From contig OZ024740.1 in the NCBI GenBank assembly GCA_964016885.1, positions 131,564,001-131,628,000 on the forward strand: a stretch of DNA of 64,000 bases, in the 5' to 3' direction. Both the position numbers and the translations under genes were made by a program. Positions 1-13,796 of the stretch are shown here, piece by piece. This DNA is from Eledone cirrhosa (lineage: Eukaryota). Within the stretch, counting starts at the first letter, position 1. Every line of letters begins with the position of its first letter. A model generated the notes under the pieces. The model saw only the letters and a list, made by a program, of their open reading frames with translations, searched no databases and was not told where the DNA came from.

Positions 1-383
1 TGCAGCCACATGGGTACCAGGACAGGACACGATGGTCAGCTAGTAATATGTGATGGATATCATGTACACATTTGCCACTACTGCCAGAATTTTCAAGGTT
101 AGCTTCCTCTTAGCCCATCTTCAGGGAGAGAGTCACCAGCCAAGTCGTTAACTCGCCCCACTATTTTTCCAATTTAGAGGTCGTAATCAAACCAGACAAC
201 GATCATTGTAAATGGTACGTCTTCCAAGCGCCTTCCAAGACTCTATTGGACAGCATGAATTTTCCTCTCCAGATGTCGAGATGGAAATCCACAGAGTTGT
301 CGTGGCTGATCCAAACCGGAAGATCTACACCTAGTGCTGCAGATTAATTATTCACCTATCTCGTCTGGTCTTCTCGGCTTTTC

Positions 384-478
384 GAAGAAGAAGACGAAGA
401 AGAAGAAGAAGAAGAAGAAGAAGAAGATGAAGAAGAAGAAAAAGAAGAAGAAGAAGAAGAAGAAGAAGAAGAAGAAAA

Positions 479-519
<41 letters not shown>
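384..519. repeat. Compound microsatellite (GAA)n-(AAT)n, left edge of the retroelement cluster
   Basis: Directly visible; explains the poly-K/poly-I ORFs at 334-604. Confidence 0.98.
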
Positions 520-521
<2 letters not shown>

Positions 522-729
522 GTTTTCTTTATTAACCACAAGGGTTTACATAAAGTAGACATTAAGGACAGTACATGGCAATACAGGACGTTACAAATGG
601 GCATTTCTGCGTGTAAAAAAAAACAGAGGATGTAATAAAATACCTAAAAAATTCCCCAATAGGGGGGAGACTTCCGAGGGACATTTGTGGAGAAAGCCCA
701 TTAAAAGACCACAGTGACCCTGACCACCA

Positions 730-3700
730 GGTCCATTCATTCGGGCCATACTTGCTTCTCTCACCCATCTTTCAACAAAATTATGGGAAGAGAGCACTTC
801 CCTCTCTACCCTGATTTTCCTTTTCAAATGAAATTTGAAAAGGTTAATCAGGGCACCACCGAAGAGGTAAGTGCTCGTCTTCAGCCCTTTCAAACGTGTC
901 CACCATACTATCCCTTTCGCCATGGCCACCAGACAGATAAAAACTGCCTGCCCTTCCCGGTTAAAGGAAGTAGGCGGGGCAATCCTCACGATGGACTCAG
1001 TTGATAGATGGATCCGTCCTACACGTGACAGCAGGTGATCCACTTAAACCCACAAGTCAGCAATGCTCGGATACTGGACGAGTGCGTGCAGGACGGTTTC
1101 ATCGCCCTGCGCGCATCTCGGACATGCCCGGCTGACGGCACCTCCATGCCTGTAGACTTTATCCTGAACTGGCAAGGCTCCTCGGTAGCACTGCCAGGCC
1201 AGAGATTTCTGGAAGTTGTACATAGGCCCTGGCCCGAAAGTTCTTCCGTAGAGATTGGCTAGTTGATTTTCGTCGACGCCCCGATTTTCTCCAAGTACGT
1301 CGTCGCTCTTCCCCTCCACTAATCCTCTATAGAACGCCAAGGTGGAGTTTCCACCGATCCCATTGCCCGATTGGTCGAGGGCTGTGAGCGCCTGAAGACA
1401 TTCCAGTCTCCAAGTGCTCCCTCTCGGTCTTCGATTGACCCAAGACTGCAGCTCCGTCAAGGAGACGAGCTGGGGAAAGACGTGTCTAGCAAACGGCGAC
1501 CACACCTGATCACCGTCGAGGAAGAGATGGAGATGTCGTAGCCTGAGCGCATGTCTGCGCATCATCAGCCACGGCATGCCCAGCCCTCCCACGTAGCGGG
1601 TGTTGACTGCAGATGGAGAGCCTGACCATCGGAGCTCGTCCCTTCCACAAAAAGCGAAAGAGCAAACGCTCCAGTGCAGTCAGGCGGGGCTTAGGACAAG
1701 GTACGACGGTCAGGTGGTAGTAGATGACGGACGCGATGTACGCGTTAGCCACCTCCGCTCGACCTTTCAGGGATAGCTTCCTCTCGGCCCATTTCTGGGT
1801 GAGAGAAGCCAACTGCTCGTCACCTCGTCCCAGTTTTTGTCCGTCTGGAGGTCTGGACCGAACCAGACCCGTAGCAATTTAACCGGTCCGTCCGTCCAGC
1901 GCCCGACGACGCTGTTGGACGGCATGGACCTGCCTCTCCAGCTCCCGAACTGCAGGCCCACTGACTTTTCCTGGTTAATCATTGCTCCTGTCACCGTTTC
2001 GTATTCTCTTAGTGTAATGCCGATCGCCTCGATGTGTTTGGTGTTCGACACCACTACAGTGACATCGACCGCATATGCTGACACGGATCTTCCGCATGCC
2101 AGTTCGCGCGGGACCCCCCTCAACGTCTCCAGTTTGTGCAATAATGGCTCGAGAGTCAATACGTACAATAGGGACGAGAGAGGACATCCCTGGCGGACCG
2201 AGCGCATGACATTGAACGGTTCCGAAAGGTGACCGTTCACTCTTACTACAGAGCAGATGTCGCTGTGCATGGAAGCGATCCAGCCTCTGTAGACGGGACC
2301 AAAGCCAGCCGCCCTCAGGACTGCCGCTAGGTAACGATGGTCGACCCTATCGAAGGCTTTCGACTGATCTAAATTGATCAAAGACCCACCCGTGACAGGT
2401 TCCCTAGCTACCCTCTCTACGATGCATCGCATGAGGTGGAGGTTGTCGTGGATGGATCTGTCGGGAATGGTGCATGTCTGCGCCTCTCCCACCAGACCAC
2501 CAACGACAAGCGCCAACCTCTCTGCTAGCACCTTGGACAAAATCTTGAACTCTGTGTTTAGAAGAGTTATGGGCCTAAAATTATCTGTGTTATCCCCCTT
2601 GTTCTGATCCTTTCTCAGCAGCGCCACCGCTCCTCGGCTCACAGAGATGGGAATTCTCCCGTTCTGTTGCCAATTGCAGTAGGCGTCCGCCAAGAGGCCT
2701 CCGAACAAGTTTGGCATTTGTACGTAAAGTTCACAGGGCAGACCATCCAAACCAGGCGATTTACGCCTTGTGCATCCAGTCATTGCATCCCTTACTTCAG
2801 CGGCTGTTATCGGCTTTTCGCAACATCCGCCTCATTGGCCGAGAGCCGCGGCAGTCCGTCGCGGTAGACACTAAAGTCCATCCCTCGTTCCGGCCCGCCA
2901 CTGCCCCCGAGCAGTTGAGCGAAGTGTCGCTGAAAAGCTTCACACATTTGCCTGGGATCGAGTAGCATGCGCCCGTCGTGGTTCACCAAAGACCGGATCG
3001 TGGCTTTGTTGCCACGATGCGCCTCCGCCACTCGGGCCCATTGAACGGCTTTCGTCCCCTCGTGTCTGAGAGCACGCACCCTAGCTCTGACAACGCAGCC
3101 TTCGTGCATTGCATTGAAGAATTGGTCAAGGGCCAATTTCGCCGCAAGTACGTCGGTCGCGATGCCTTTGCAAAGCGCCTCGTCTAATTTTCTAACTAAT
3201 TCTCCCTCTGCTCTATTTTTCTCTATTGCTAAAGCCTTACTAAACCTAATGGACTCTATTCTAATTGCTCTTTTCAGAGCAAACCACCACTTGTTGTTGA
3301 CGATGGCCCCCGTCAACTCCCGCTTAACTAGTTCGCTAATCCGGCCTCTGTAGGCCTTGCGCGCTGGTAAGGACGCGTTTAGCTTCCAGTAGCCGGGTCC
3401 TCGTCTATGAAGCCTATCTAAGTCAGGCACAGAGACCACGAATTTGTGCTCCGTGTAGCTGACTATCTTGAATTGTGGACAGCCTATGCTAGACCTATCT
3501 ATTTTCCTACAAAATACTCTATCTGGTTATGATCTGGATGACCCTATGCGATTTGTCCAAGTCCACATTGGTACATTCGGGAAATCCAATCGGTACCTGT
3601 CAGACAGTTCAAAACGCCTGAGCAGGTTGGTGAGACACTTGCACCCTCCTCCCCTATCCACTAATCCGAAACAGTCCCAGCGTGCATCTAAGATCCCGTT

Positions 3701-4125
3701 CCAGTCGCCCACTAACACTAGAGAGCGGGACGTTCCAAGAAAGGTCTCCAGACGCCGGAAGAAATCAGGCCGCCCTGCTCCTGTCGGGGCATAGACGGCC
3801 ACTAACCTGAAAGCTTGCCCGTCTCCGCTGGCCACGTCCAGCACCACCAACTTACCTTCTTGTTCCAGGAAATTGGCCCGTATTGCAAGATCCAAACCTC
3901 TCTGAAAAAGAACAGCAACTCCACCCCCGATCCCGGACGGCTGGGAGATGGGTACACATCGTAGCCGCCGAAGATCGGTGCGAAGGCCCGTGCTTCGGAG
4001 ATTCTGGTCTCGCTGATGGCCACTACATCTATGTTTAGTGAACTGAGGTCGTTGAGCAGGTGGCCCTGCTTCCATGACAACCCCAAGCCACGCGCATTTA
4101 TGCTGCCTATTCTGAGTGAGGTCAT
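730..4125 (-). pseudogene. Tx1 copy 1 ORF2 (AP endonuclease + reverse transcriptase), frameshifted
   Basis: APE motifs MTSLRIGSINARGL, VAISET, GDWN; PGYWKLN; RT motifs KSPGLDG, NFRPITLLN, LDQSKAFDRV, VRQGCPLS, YAVD; C-terminal CPRC...ETVLH. Spread over several frames. Confidence 0.92.
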
Positions 4126-4159
4126 GTTGAAAAGGAGTGGCAAAGATGGGAAAGACCAC

Positions 4160-6288
4160 TTACCGTACTTTTCGTAGAAGAGGGATGGTTTTTACATCCC
4201 TTTTCACTTGATCGTCTGGTGAAGGGACCGTTGAATCGTCCCTTCGGCTGTTCATCGGCTCTTCTATGAGTATGTCTGAATATACTCTTCGGTTGATAGT
4301 TCGTCCTAGGTCTCTGAAATCACCAACTGCGTTGGGGTATTTCGTTTCAATATTTGTGTATTGTTTCTGTGCTATTTTTAGCAGTCTTATGTTAGTTGGC
4401 GTTTTGATTGGTGCTGGTATTATGTAGTCGTGTTGTGAAATGTCTGTGTGTTCAATTATGTAAATCATTAGTTTCTTGTTGTGTGTATTTATTGCCGTGC
4501 ATTTGTTTTTATGGGGGTGGGGTGTGGTTTTGCTGATTTTCTTGTCGTTTTTGCTGGGTGTGTGTGTCTTGTTGTTGTGTTTGCGATGTTGGTGCTTGTG
4601 GTGGTGGTGTTGAAGGTGTTGTTGTTGTTGGCGTTGGGGTTGTCGCCGGTGGTGATGGTGGTGCTAGTGTGGGTGGTGATGGTGTTGGTGGTGTTGCTGC
4701 TGTGAGTCTCTTTGCAGTAGACTATACCCTTTTTTCAATTCTTTCCTCCCTTTTCAAAGGCGACGATGCGCTGCTTCTGCTTTTGTGCATTTCATACGAA
4801 CTGTTGCCATCCCTCTCCCACCTCACACTCCATGTCTGATTCTGTGAGGTCGGGGAGGGGTACCGGTTCCACTCTTTCACTTGTTGTTGTTGGTGATGTT
4901 TGCACTGGAGTCTCGGTTGCAGCTGCATTTGGTATTGTTGTTATTGTTGTTGATAATACTTCCACTGCTGCTGCTGTTTTTGTTTTCCGTGGCGTGAGTA
5001 TGGGTGCCTCGAACCTATCGTTCCTGGTTGCCGCTTGTCCTGTTGCTGGTAGCCGTGGAACCGGTTTCGGAAGGAGGGGGGTTTTCTCCTTTCTCAGGGT
5101 CTTCTCGTTGCAGAAGGCCCTGAGGTGAGTCTTCGATCCACAGCGAAAGCATTTCGGGCGTTTGCCCTCAACACTTATGGGCAGTTGAGTGCCGTTATCG
5201 AAGTCTATCACATCCGGGATAGCTTCGATGCACTCCTGGTTGTTTTGGATTAGCATCTCAATGGAGGTGCCGACCCAATCTTCTCTTACTTTTTTCTGTA
5301 CTAGCTGTACAGTTGTTTTGTCCTCAATTCCGACGAGGACAGACGCGGCCAGCCAAGAAGGGGCCATTCCGGGGGGGGGGGGGACGTGGGTCAGTTTGAC
5401 CCTCACAATTTTTTGCCCGCTGTAGGAGGGCACCAACACCCTTTCCTCGCTCCTTAGGGTCACTACGGATTGAGCCTTTGCCTCCTGGGGTGTGGCAAAA
5501 AGTACGTCTACGGTGGCATATTTCTTGCCTCGGGTGATGTTTGTTTTCCGCTGCCACACAGACCCCAAGCCTTTTTATATTTGAGCCTCTGTGGCTCTTT
5601 CCACCCGACGGGATTTTGTACTTACTGTACGGTACGTGACCGTACAGTGCTGTTGTGTTTCGAAACATTTTTCCGCTGCCTTGCAGATTGCTCGGTGTCC
5701 CGTTTTTGTCACCATCTTCTTCGCTTCCTCTAATTACTCATTTGTTATGAGGATTGTTTCCATGTTCTTCGCGATACCTGCAAACGAGATTGGTTTTTCT
5801 TTGCTGTTGTTGTTGTTGTTGTTGTTGTCGTCAGAGCCGCTGTTACTTTTCTTGTTGCTGCAGGTACTACGACTACTGCCGCCGCCGCTGTTGCTGTGGT
5901 TGTTGTTGTTGTTTCTGCTGCTAATGCTGTTGTTGTTTATGCTGCTGCTGATGCTCTTGCGGCTGCTACTGTTGTTTTCATTTTCACTGTTGCTGTTGTT
6001 ATTACGACTGCTACTGCTATTATTCCTGACGTCAGACGAATGACACGGGTTTTCGTATTTCCCGCACACCTGATTCGTCGTCGTTGTCGTCGCCGTCGTG
6101 GAGAAATCTTGCACGCTTTGCACGAGACTTTTCATTTCTGTCGTCGCTTGCGAAAGAGAAGGGAGGGAGAGAGACACATTTAAAGAAGGGAGGGAGAGAG
6201 ACTATCTTCTCTCTGCTGTAGTGACGATTGATGAAGTAGAAGACGGAATCAGTGGGAGTGACCTATGAAAATTCTTTTTCATAGCCAT
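4160..6288 (-). pseudogene. Tx1 copy 1 ORF1 (gag-like; CCHC knuckle, low-complexity linkers), disrupted
   Basis: CFRCGSKTHLRAFC knuckle in ORF 4792-5568; position upstream of ORF2; ATG at 6288 after an A-rich leader; homologous to 19333-21321. Confidence 0.8.
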
Positions 6289-6505
6289 GTTGTTTTTTTT
6301 TGTTTAAAATAAATATTGGGCACAAAACCCCAATAAGCAGTTATTTAACCCCGAAGGGCCAAATAACGGGCAGAAAGACTTCTCTCACGAGGAGGAGGGT
6401 GTTTTTGTCTACAAGTTGGTAACAGTTTTAAACAATTTACAATTGTTATAGCGTTCAAAATTTACAATACCTTACAGAGCCGAGCCTCCGTCAACCATAG
6501 CATTC

Positions 6506-6549
<44 letters not shown>

Positions 6550-6555
6550 TAATAA

Positions 6556-8230
6556 ATCCTTGCGAAGCGTAAAGATCAAGAGAGGTATCGTCCAGGGAGA
6601 TAGTCTGTCCCCTCTGTTGTTTGTCCTTGCCCTGATGCCCCTGTCCAGTGTACTGTGAAAAGTGAGAGCAGGATACAGGTTGGGAAAGGGAGGGCTTACC
6701 ATCAATCACCTCCTCTTCATGGACGATCTTAAGCTCTTCGGGAAGAGTGAGAAGGAGTTGGATGTGCTTGTTGACACTGCCCGTATTTTCAGCAATGATA
6801 TATGTATGCAATTTGGTATTAGTAAGTGTGGAATCATTGCGATGAAGAGGGGTAAGCTGAGCAGAAGTAACGGAATCCAGGTATCAACAGGTGAGATGAT
6901 AAAGGAAATTGACACTGAAGAAGGATACATGTATTTGGGCGTTCTGGAGGCTGATGACATCAAGAACGCAAAAATGAAGGAATTGATAAGAACTGAATAC
7001 ATTCGGAGAGTAAGGAGCGAATTAAAGTCACATCTGAACAGTAGGAATGCCATAAGTGCAGTAAATTCCTGAGCTGTGTCTATTATTAGGTACAGTGCGG
7101 GACTTCTGAGATGGAATGTTGCTGAACAAATAGAAATGGATAGGAAGACTAGGAAGCTATTGACTATCTACAGCAAGTTCCACAAGAAGAGTGATGTCGA
7201 TAGGCTCTACTTAAGGAGATCTGAAGGTGGTAGATGTCTTATCAGCATAGAGGACTGTGTTCAGATGGAGAAAATCAACCTACACAAATACGTGACTAAT
7301 AGTAAGGAGCCAATGCTCAGAACTGTACTGACGGAGGGGACAATAGGCCAGGGCAGGTCCAAGGAGGAAATAACATCAAGGAGAAAGAGCAGCCTTCAGG
7401 AAAAATCCCTTCATAGTACCTTCTTTGAGAAAACTGAATTTAGAGATCCACAGACATGGAACTGGTTGAAAAGAGGTGACCTTAAAAAGGCTACATAAGG
7501 AATGTTAAAGGCTACGCAGGAGCAGGCCCTCAAAACGAAGTGGTTGAAACACCATATTTACAAGGAGGATGCTAGCCCACTGTGCAGGATCTGTGGAGAG
7601 CGATAGGAGACTGTGGCTCACATTGTATCCGAGTGTAAACACCTAGCCCAGACTCACTATAAGGGCTGGAGACATGATGTGATGGGCAGGCTGATCCAAT
7701 GGCACCTATGCAAGGTAAACAATTTACCACATTCTGAGAAGTGGTATGAGCATAAGCCAGAGTCGGTGATTGAAAACGATCAGGTGAAGGTGCTGTGGGA
7801 TTTTAGGATACAGACGTAGAAGAAACTGGAACACAATAGACCTGATCTGGTGGTTTGGGACAAAGAAAAAAGATCGTGCCTGATTGTGGATGTGGCCTGC
7901 CCATTCGACATGAGTGTGCAAGAGAAGGAGACGGAGAAAATTAACCGATACCAGGAATTAAAGTGGGAGGTAAAAAGGATTTGGAACTGCCATGAAGTCA
8001 AAGTGATCCCGATTGTCATAGGCGCACTGGGGACTATCTCAAAATGTTTCCAGGGATGGTTAAAGAAAATTGGCCCCTTCACGCTTTTTGGAACGCTTCA
8101 AAAGGCATGCTTGCTGGGAACAGCAAGAACCCTCCGATACGTCCTGAATATCTGAGGCTGCAGGTAGTGGCTTGATATTCATTTCAACAAACTTTCCAGT
8201 TAACTAAAATCAATGACTGAGACTCAAAAA
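6556..8230 (+). mobile_element. 5'-truncated R4/Dong-type non-LTR retrotransposon (RT + restriction-like endonuclease), family A
   Basis: RGIVQGDSLSPLLF, HLLFMDDLKLF, CRIC...HIVSEC, RHD, RPDL..., IVDVACP. Several stops. (AAT)n on both sides. Confidence 0.92.
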
Positions 8231-8270
8231 GTAATAACAATAATGATAATAATTATAAAAATAATAATAA

Positions 8271-8695
8271 GGATACAGACGGACAAGAAACTGGAACACA
8301 ATAGACCTGATCTGGTGGTTGTGGACAAAGAAAAAAGATCGTACCTAATTGTGGATGTGGCCTGCCCATTCGACACGAGAGTGCAAGAGAAGGAGAGAGA
8401 GAAAATTAACCGATACCAGGACTTAAAGTGGGAGGTAAAAAGGATTTGGAACTGCCATGAAGTCAAAGTGATCCCGATTGTCATAGGCCCATTAGGGACT
8501 ATCTCAAAAAGTTTCCAGGGATGGTTAAAGAAAATTGGCCCCTTCACACTTTTTGGAACGCTTCAAAAGGCATGCTTGCTGGGAACAGCAAGAACCCTCC
8601 GATACGTCCTGAATATCTGAGGCTGCAGGTAGTAGCTTGATTTTCATTTCAACAAACTTTCCAGTTAACTAACATCAGTGACTGAGACTCAAAGA

Positions 8696-8697
<2 letters not shown>
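8271..8697 (+). mobile_element. Short 3' fragment of R4/Dong family A
   Basis: Near-identical to 7806-8230, followed by (AAT)n. Confidence 0.92.
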
Positions 8698-8751
<54 letters not shown>

Positions 8752-8754
<3 letters not shown>

Positions 8755-8867
8755 TGTTTCTACTTTAGGCACAAGGCCAGCAATTACCCAGTGCATTACT
8801 GGTACTTTATTTTATCGACCCCGTAAGGATGAAAGGCAAAGTCAACCTCGGCGGGATTTGAACTCAG
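8752..8867 (-). mobile_element. tRNA-derived SINE fragment (Nin-domain-like)
   Basis: Minus strand GAGTTCAAATCCC (B box), GCCTTTCATCC..GGGGTCGATAAAATAAAGTACCAG core and GAAACAATTATT tail; matches 46290-46471. Confidence 0.8.
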
Positions 8868-9849
8868 ATCGTAATAATAATAATAATGAGGGAAGAAGAC
8901 GCACGAGGTGGTAGAAGGTCAGGAAATCGCTCCCGTAAGTTTTTGATTTTTAACATATTTAAATCAATTGTGAAATAACAATTCTTAGTACAAATGTTGC
9001 ATAAACCACCGAATCAGGTCCCATAAAGTTTCGGATCCATATTATATTGTTGTATCGCTCAAATATTCAATTTTGTATTATATATTTTGTATTCAAAAAA
9101 AGAAAATGGTTATAAATGGTAAAAAAACACCCTCTGTCTACACTATATAGAACAGCCAAATAACAGCAATTACACCTACACCAGAAACTTGATACACCAC
9201 CTATCCCATCACACTAAATATAACAGCCAGATAACGGCAATTTCACCAGCATCATAATAATAATTACTATTATTATTGTCTCAAATTTTAAAAAAAATGT
9301 TTAATTCCAATTTTACGGGAATATCTCAACACAAAATATAATAAAAATATATATTAAACATACGAACACAAACTCATAGATACTACATATCAGTAACCAC
9401 AACGCCACCGCTGCCACCACCCCACCCCATCCATCATTGCTACATATATCCCATCGTCGCCGCCACCACTCCTTCAATGCTACCACCACTATTCCCCTGT
9501 TAACTTGAGAGAGAAAGGGGAAGGTGGCGGTATCACTAGACAAGGGAGAGGCTAGCAAAAGATATAAATAGATTGACTTAGTGACCTGGCCACCGGCCAA
9601 ACGTCAACATCAACAACTATGGGACTGCTGGTTCACCCCTTTCTCACCAACAATATAAAAAGCCCCGGCACCACCACCGACATAGCCAACAACAATAACA
9701 GCCAACTTCAACAAAAAGTATATTATATTATTGTAATGCACTGGGTGATTGCTGGCCTTGTGCCTGGAGTGGAGACAATTATTAATAATTTCATTGTTAA
9801 GCCACGCAATGCACACATTAAGGAACCACTCATTATAATAACAATTTAA

Positions 9850-12800
9850 AAAAACAACAAAAAGAAAACCCCGTGACCAAGAAATACCGGGATGGCGGCC
9901 GGCGGGGAATAGCCGTGTCTCTAGGGGAGAACGACCCCTCTAGTCTTGGTTGACACTCGTTCTAGAAGTGGTAACACGAAATGATTACCCCTTGGCGGAT
10001 AAGGATAAAACGCGACAAAATAAAGTAAATGTCTAATGATAAAATCTCATACCGGATCGGCCGTCACCCGGGTAGAAAAGGACCGCGTCCCTCAGAGAGG
10101 AACCAGACTGGGGTCGAAAAATCAGCTAATAGTTTGAACCTTCCCATCACTTCGGAGCTGGAGACCTCCCATAACCGGAATACTCCTACCGTTGGCCCTC
10201 CATGCTCACCACCAAAGGAAGAAAATAAAGAAGTCCTTGAGGCTTTCTACACTGCCATGTACGACCCATCAAATACATCGAATACAGAACAGACATATAT
10301 CAACTGGAAAAAGAAACATCCCGAAAACAGAGGCTATATTGACAGTAACAAACTAGCCAATATACGAAGAAATATTGTAAGAAAAAAGTTACTAACTGAT
10401 ATAGAAATTGATCAGATCAAGCTATTAGCACAAAGTCAGCGAAGGGAAAATGAAACATGTGTCAGTGAAAACGAGGTAAACTGTAACACTTCGAATCCCA
10501 GGGTTGGGGCGGAATCACTGGCAACAGAACAAATTAAAGAAAGGATCGAAAAAGTGGAGGGAGTGCATGCTCAGGATGAAACTCCAAATGAAAATAATGA
10601 GATCGTAAATGATAAAGAAATGAATGAGAATGAACTTGACAATTTGAAGGATGAAATTATGATCGAATGGATGAAAATGAAAGAATCTGACATGGGGCAA
10701 CGAGACACCCTCCTTAAGATCCAGAACTCCAAACAGAACCAAAAGATAATACACAAAAACTAACATAATTCTCAAAAAACATTATCATCACAAACAAACT
10801 AAACATTACTGATTTAAATCATCTCTATTATGCATCGGCTAAAGTCACCACTCACTTATGTGGAGTGAAGATGAAAAAACAAAGGAATTCCCACGAGAAA
10901 TCTACTTGGCAAGAGAACATCAATCGCCAAATAAACCTTCTCCGATCTGAAATAGAAATTTTAACAAACTATAAAGTAGGTGAACATGTTAAACAAACTA
11001 AACTTAGAAAATTGAAAAAAAAGTACAGGATAAAATCAACATGTGATATAGACATGCAGATAGAAATAATCAAGCAAAAAGTGTCGGCCGAAGCTGCTCG
11101 TATAAGGCGCTTTGGAAAACGATCTAGATTCTATAAGGACAATAATATGTTCAAAAACAACCAAAGAAACTTCTACAGAAAAATTGGTAAGTCAACAATA
11201 ACTGCTAAATCAATACCACCCAAGGAGGAAGTGCAATAATTCTGGGAAAAAATCTGGGCCGAAGAAAAAGTTTATAACATACATGCCCCATGGATATACA
11301 GATAAAATGAAAGATTCAGCTCACCTTGAGGAGCAAATATGGGAAAATATAACAGTTGAACAGTTGCGCTTGGCTCTAACAAAAACCAGCAAATGGAAAT
11401 CCCCAGTAAAGACAAAATACAAAACTTTTGGATAAATGCCTTCACAGAGTCTCATGAGCTGTTAGCCAAACTTTACAATGAAATAGTTAAGGAAACAGAA
11501 AAGATACCATCATGGCTAGTTAACGGCATTACATTCCTGCTTCCGAAGAATGATGAGACAAACAATCCCCAAAATTACAGACCGATAACTTGCTTGACCA
11601 CAATGTATAAAATTTTAACATCAGTCCTAACTGAATACACATATGACCACATGATAACAAGTGACCTATTTCCCATTGAGCAGAAAGTGTGTAAACGAGG
11701 CTCATATGGCTGTAAGGATCAGCTTCTGGTTAACAAAATGATACTGGAAGATTGTCATAATAGACACAAAAATCTATCGATTGCTTGGATAGATTATAAA
11801 AAAGCATCCGATAGTTAGCCACACAGTTGGATTGCAAAATGTTTAGAGATTTTCAAAATATCCCCCGTGGTCAGGAGGTTTTTGTCATTCAGTATGAAGA
11901 CATGGAAAACGACACTCCTTTTGAATAGTGAAACAAAATCACTGGAAGCTGGAGAAGTTAATATTAATTGTGGAATGTTTCACGGTGACTCTTTATCACC
12001 GCTTTTATTCTGCATCGCACTTATACCATTAAGTAAAATGCTCAATGAAATAAAACATGGATGTAAAGTCTATGACAAAGCCATTAATCACCTGGTCTAC
12101 ATGGATGACCTGAAACTATTTGCAAAAAATGATGAACAATTGCAAGGGCTATTATCCACTGTGGAGCAGTTCAGTGATGACATTAAAATGGAGTTTGGAC
12201 TAGATAAATGGGCCAAAGCAACATTCACCAGAGGAAAGCTTCTGAAAGGTTCAGACATTCATCTTGAGGGGGGAATGTGGTAAGAGAACTTGATCAAGAG
12301 GAAACTTATGAATATGTAGGTGTTTGTGAAGGAGACGGAATCAAGCACTCGACAATGAGGTTAAGGATAAGGAAGGAATGTTACCGCAGAGTAAGAGCAA
12401 TCTTAAGAACGGAATTGAATGCAAGGAATAGGATCGATGCAATAAACACGCTTGCCATACCAGTAGTAACCTACAGTTACAATGTCATCAACTGGTCAAG
12501 CACAGAGATCCGTAGGCTCGATACAAAAATTCAAAAATTCTTAACCATGCACAGAATGCATCACCCTAAGGCAGATATAGATATAATATATCTCCCTAGG
12601 AAAGAAGAAGGACGTGGGTTAATCCAGTTAGACATTGCGTTGAAAACTGCAACAATTGGATTATCTACATATCTAAGGGAATCACATGATTGGATGATCA
12701 AACTCGTTTTGAAACACGAAAGCATCAAAAGATCATATTCCATTACAAAAGATGCACAAAGATACAGTAATGGACTACAAATTTCAGAAGTCCCATTTAC

Positions 12801-13773
12801 TGCTGAAATGGAAAACACAGAAAAAGCAAAGCAGGTAAAAGTAACTGCAAAGAAAGAACTGCTACAGAAACTGGCTAAGAAATGGCAAGATAAGCCTCTG
12901 TATGGAAAATACCCAGAGCGAGCTAACAATCCTGATGTTGACAAAACTTTAACCCATCAGTGGTTGGCATCCTCTGGACTGAAATCGGAGACTGAAGGAC
13001 TGATTATATCGGCACAAGATCAGTGTCTGCCAACAAAAAATTACCAAGCCAACATAATAAAAAATGGATGCAGCCCATTATGCCGTGTATGCAAAAAGCA
13101 ACCAGAGACCATTGACCATATAATTTCAATGTGCAGTCCTATGGCTCCAACCGAATACCTAAACAGGCATGACAGAGCTGCACAATACATACATTGGATA
13201 ATGTGTAAGCATTTTGACCTGCCCCATCAAAAGAATTGGTGGGGGCATCAACCACCTCCCGTACATGAAAAAGATCACATCTCAATCTTGTGGAACTTTA
13301 GCATCCAAACAGACCTAAAAATAGATGCAAATAGACCTGATATAATATTGAAGGACTTCAAAAAGAGGGCATGCCTGCTAATTGATGTCTGTTCCAATAG
13401 ACAAGAATGTATCTATAAAAACATTTGAAAAATTGAGCAAGTATAGGGACCTGGAGATAGAAATTGGAAAAATGTGGAAATTGAGAACTAAAACAATACC
13501 AGTGGTTGTAGGCGCTCTGGGAATGATACCTAAGGGGTCTAATGATTACTTATCGCAAATCCCAGGAAACCCGCGTATAGGAGAAATACAAAAGATAGTA
13601 CTTATGGGAACTTCCCATATACTAAGGAAGATTCTGTCAATATAAGTACATCACAAATCTAAACACTAAAGATGCATGTGTGAGTATGTATGTTCTTTCT
13701 TGAACATGGCGGACCTTGTTGTCTCTTGAGGTCACTGGTGATAACTCGTATGAACATAAAGCAAGATAAATGC
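9850..13773 (+). mobile_element. Near full-length, decayed R4/Dong-type element, family B
   Basis: One long ORF broken into frames 10029-13645: NYRPITCL, WIDYKKA, GDSLSPLLFC, YMDDLKLFA, CRVC...HIISMC, RHD, RPDI. GC-rich 5' UTR and (AAT)n tail. The 5' boundary is approximate. Confidence 0.9.
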
Positions 13774-13796
13774 AATAATAATAATAATAATAATAA

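Larger units (their letters stand above)
520..6504 (-). mobile_element. Full-length, decayed Tx1/L1-clade non-LTR retrotransposon, copy 1
   Basis: Contains ORF1 (zinc knuckle) and ORF2 (APE, RT, Cys-rich C-terminus). The minus-strand 3' end reads TTAATAAAGAAAACAG then (TAT)n. (AAT)n flanks both sides. Confidence 0.93.

Noticed and set aside
5591-6043. Leu/Val-rich antisense ORFs over Tx1 ORF1 (also 4481-4839 and 19640-20227)
   Set aside because: They are antisense translations of Asn/Ser/Thr/Pro low-complexity linkers, not membrane proteins.
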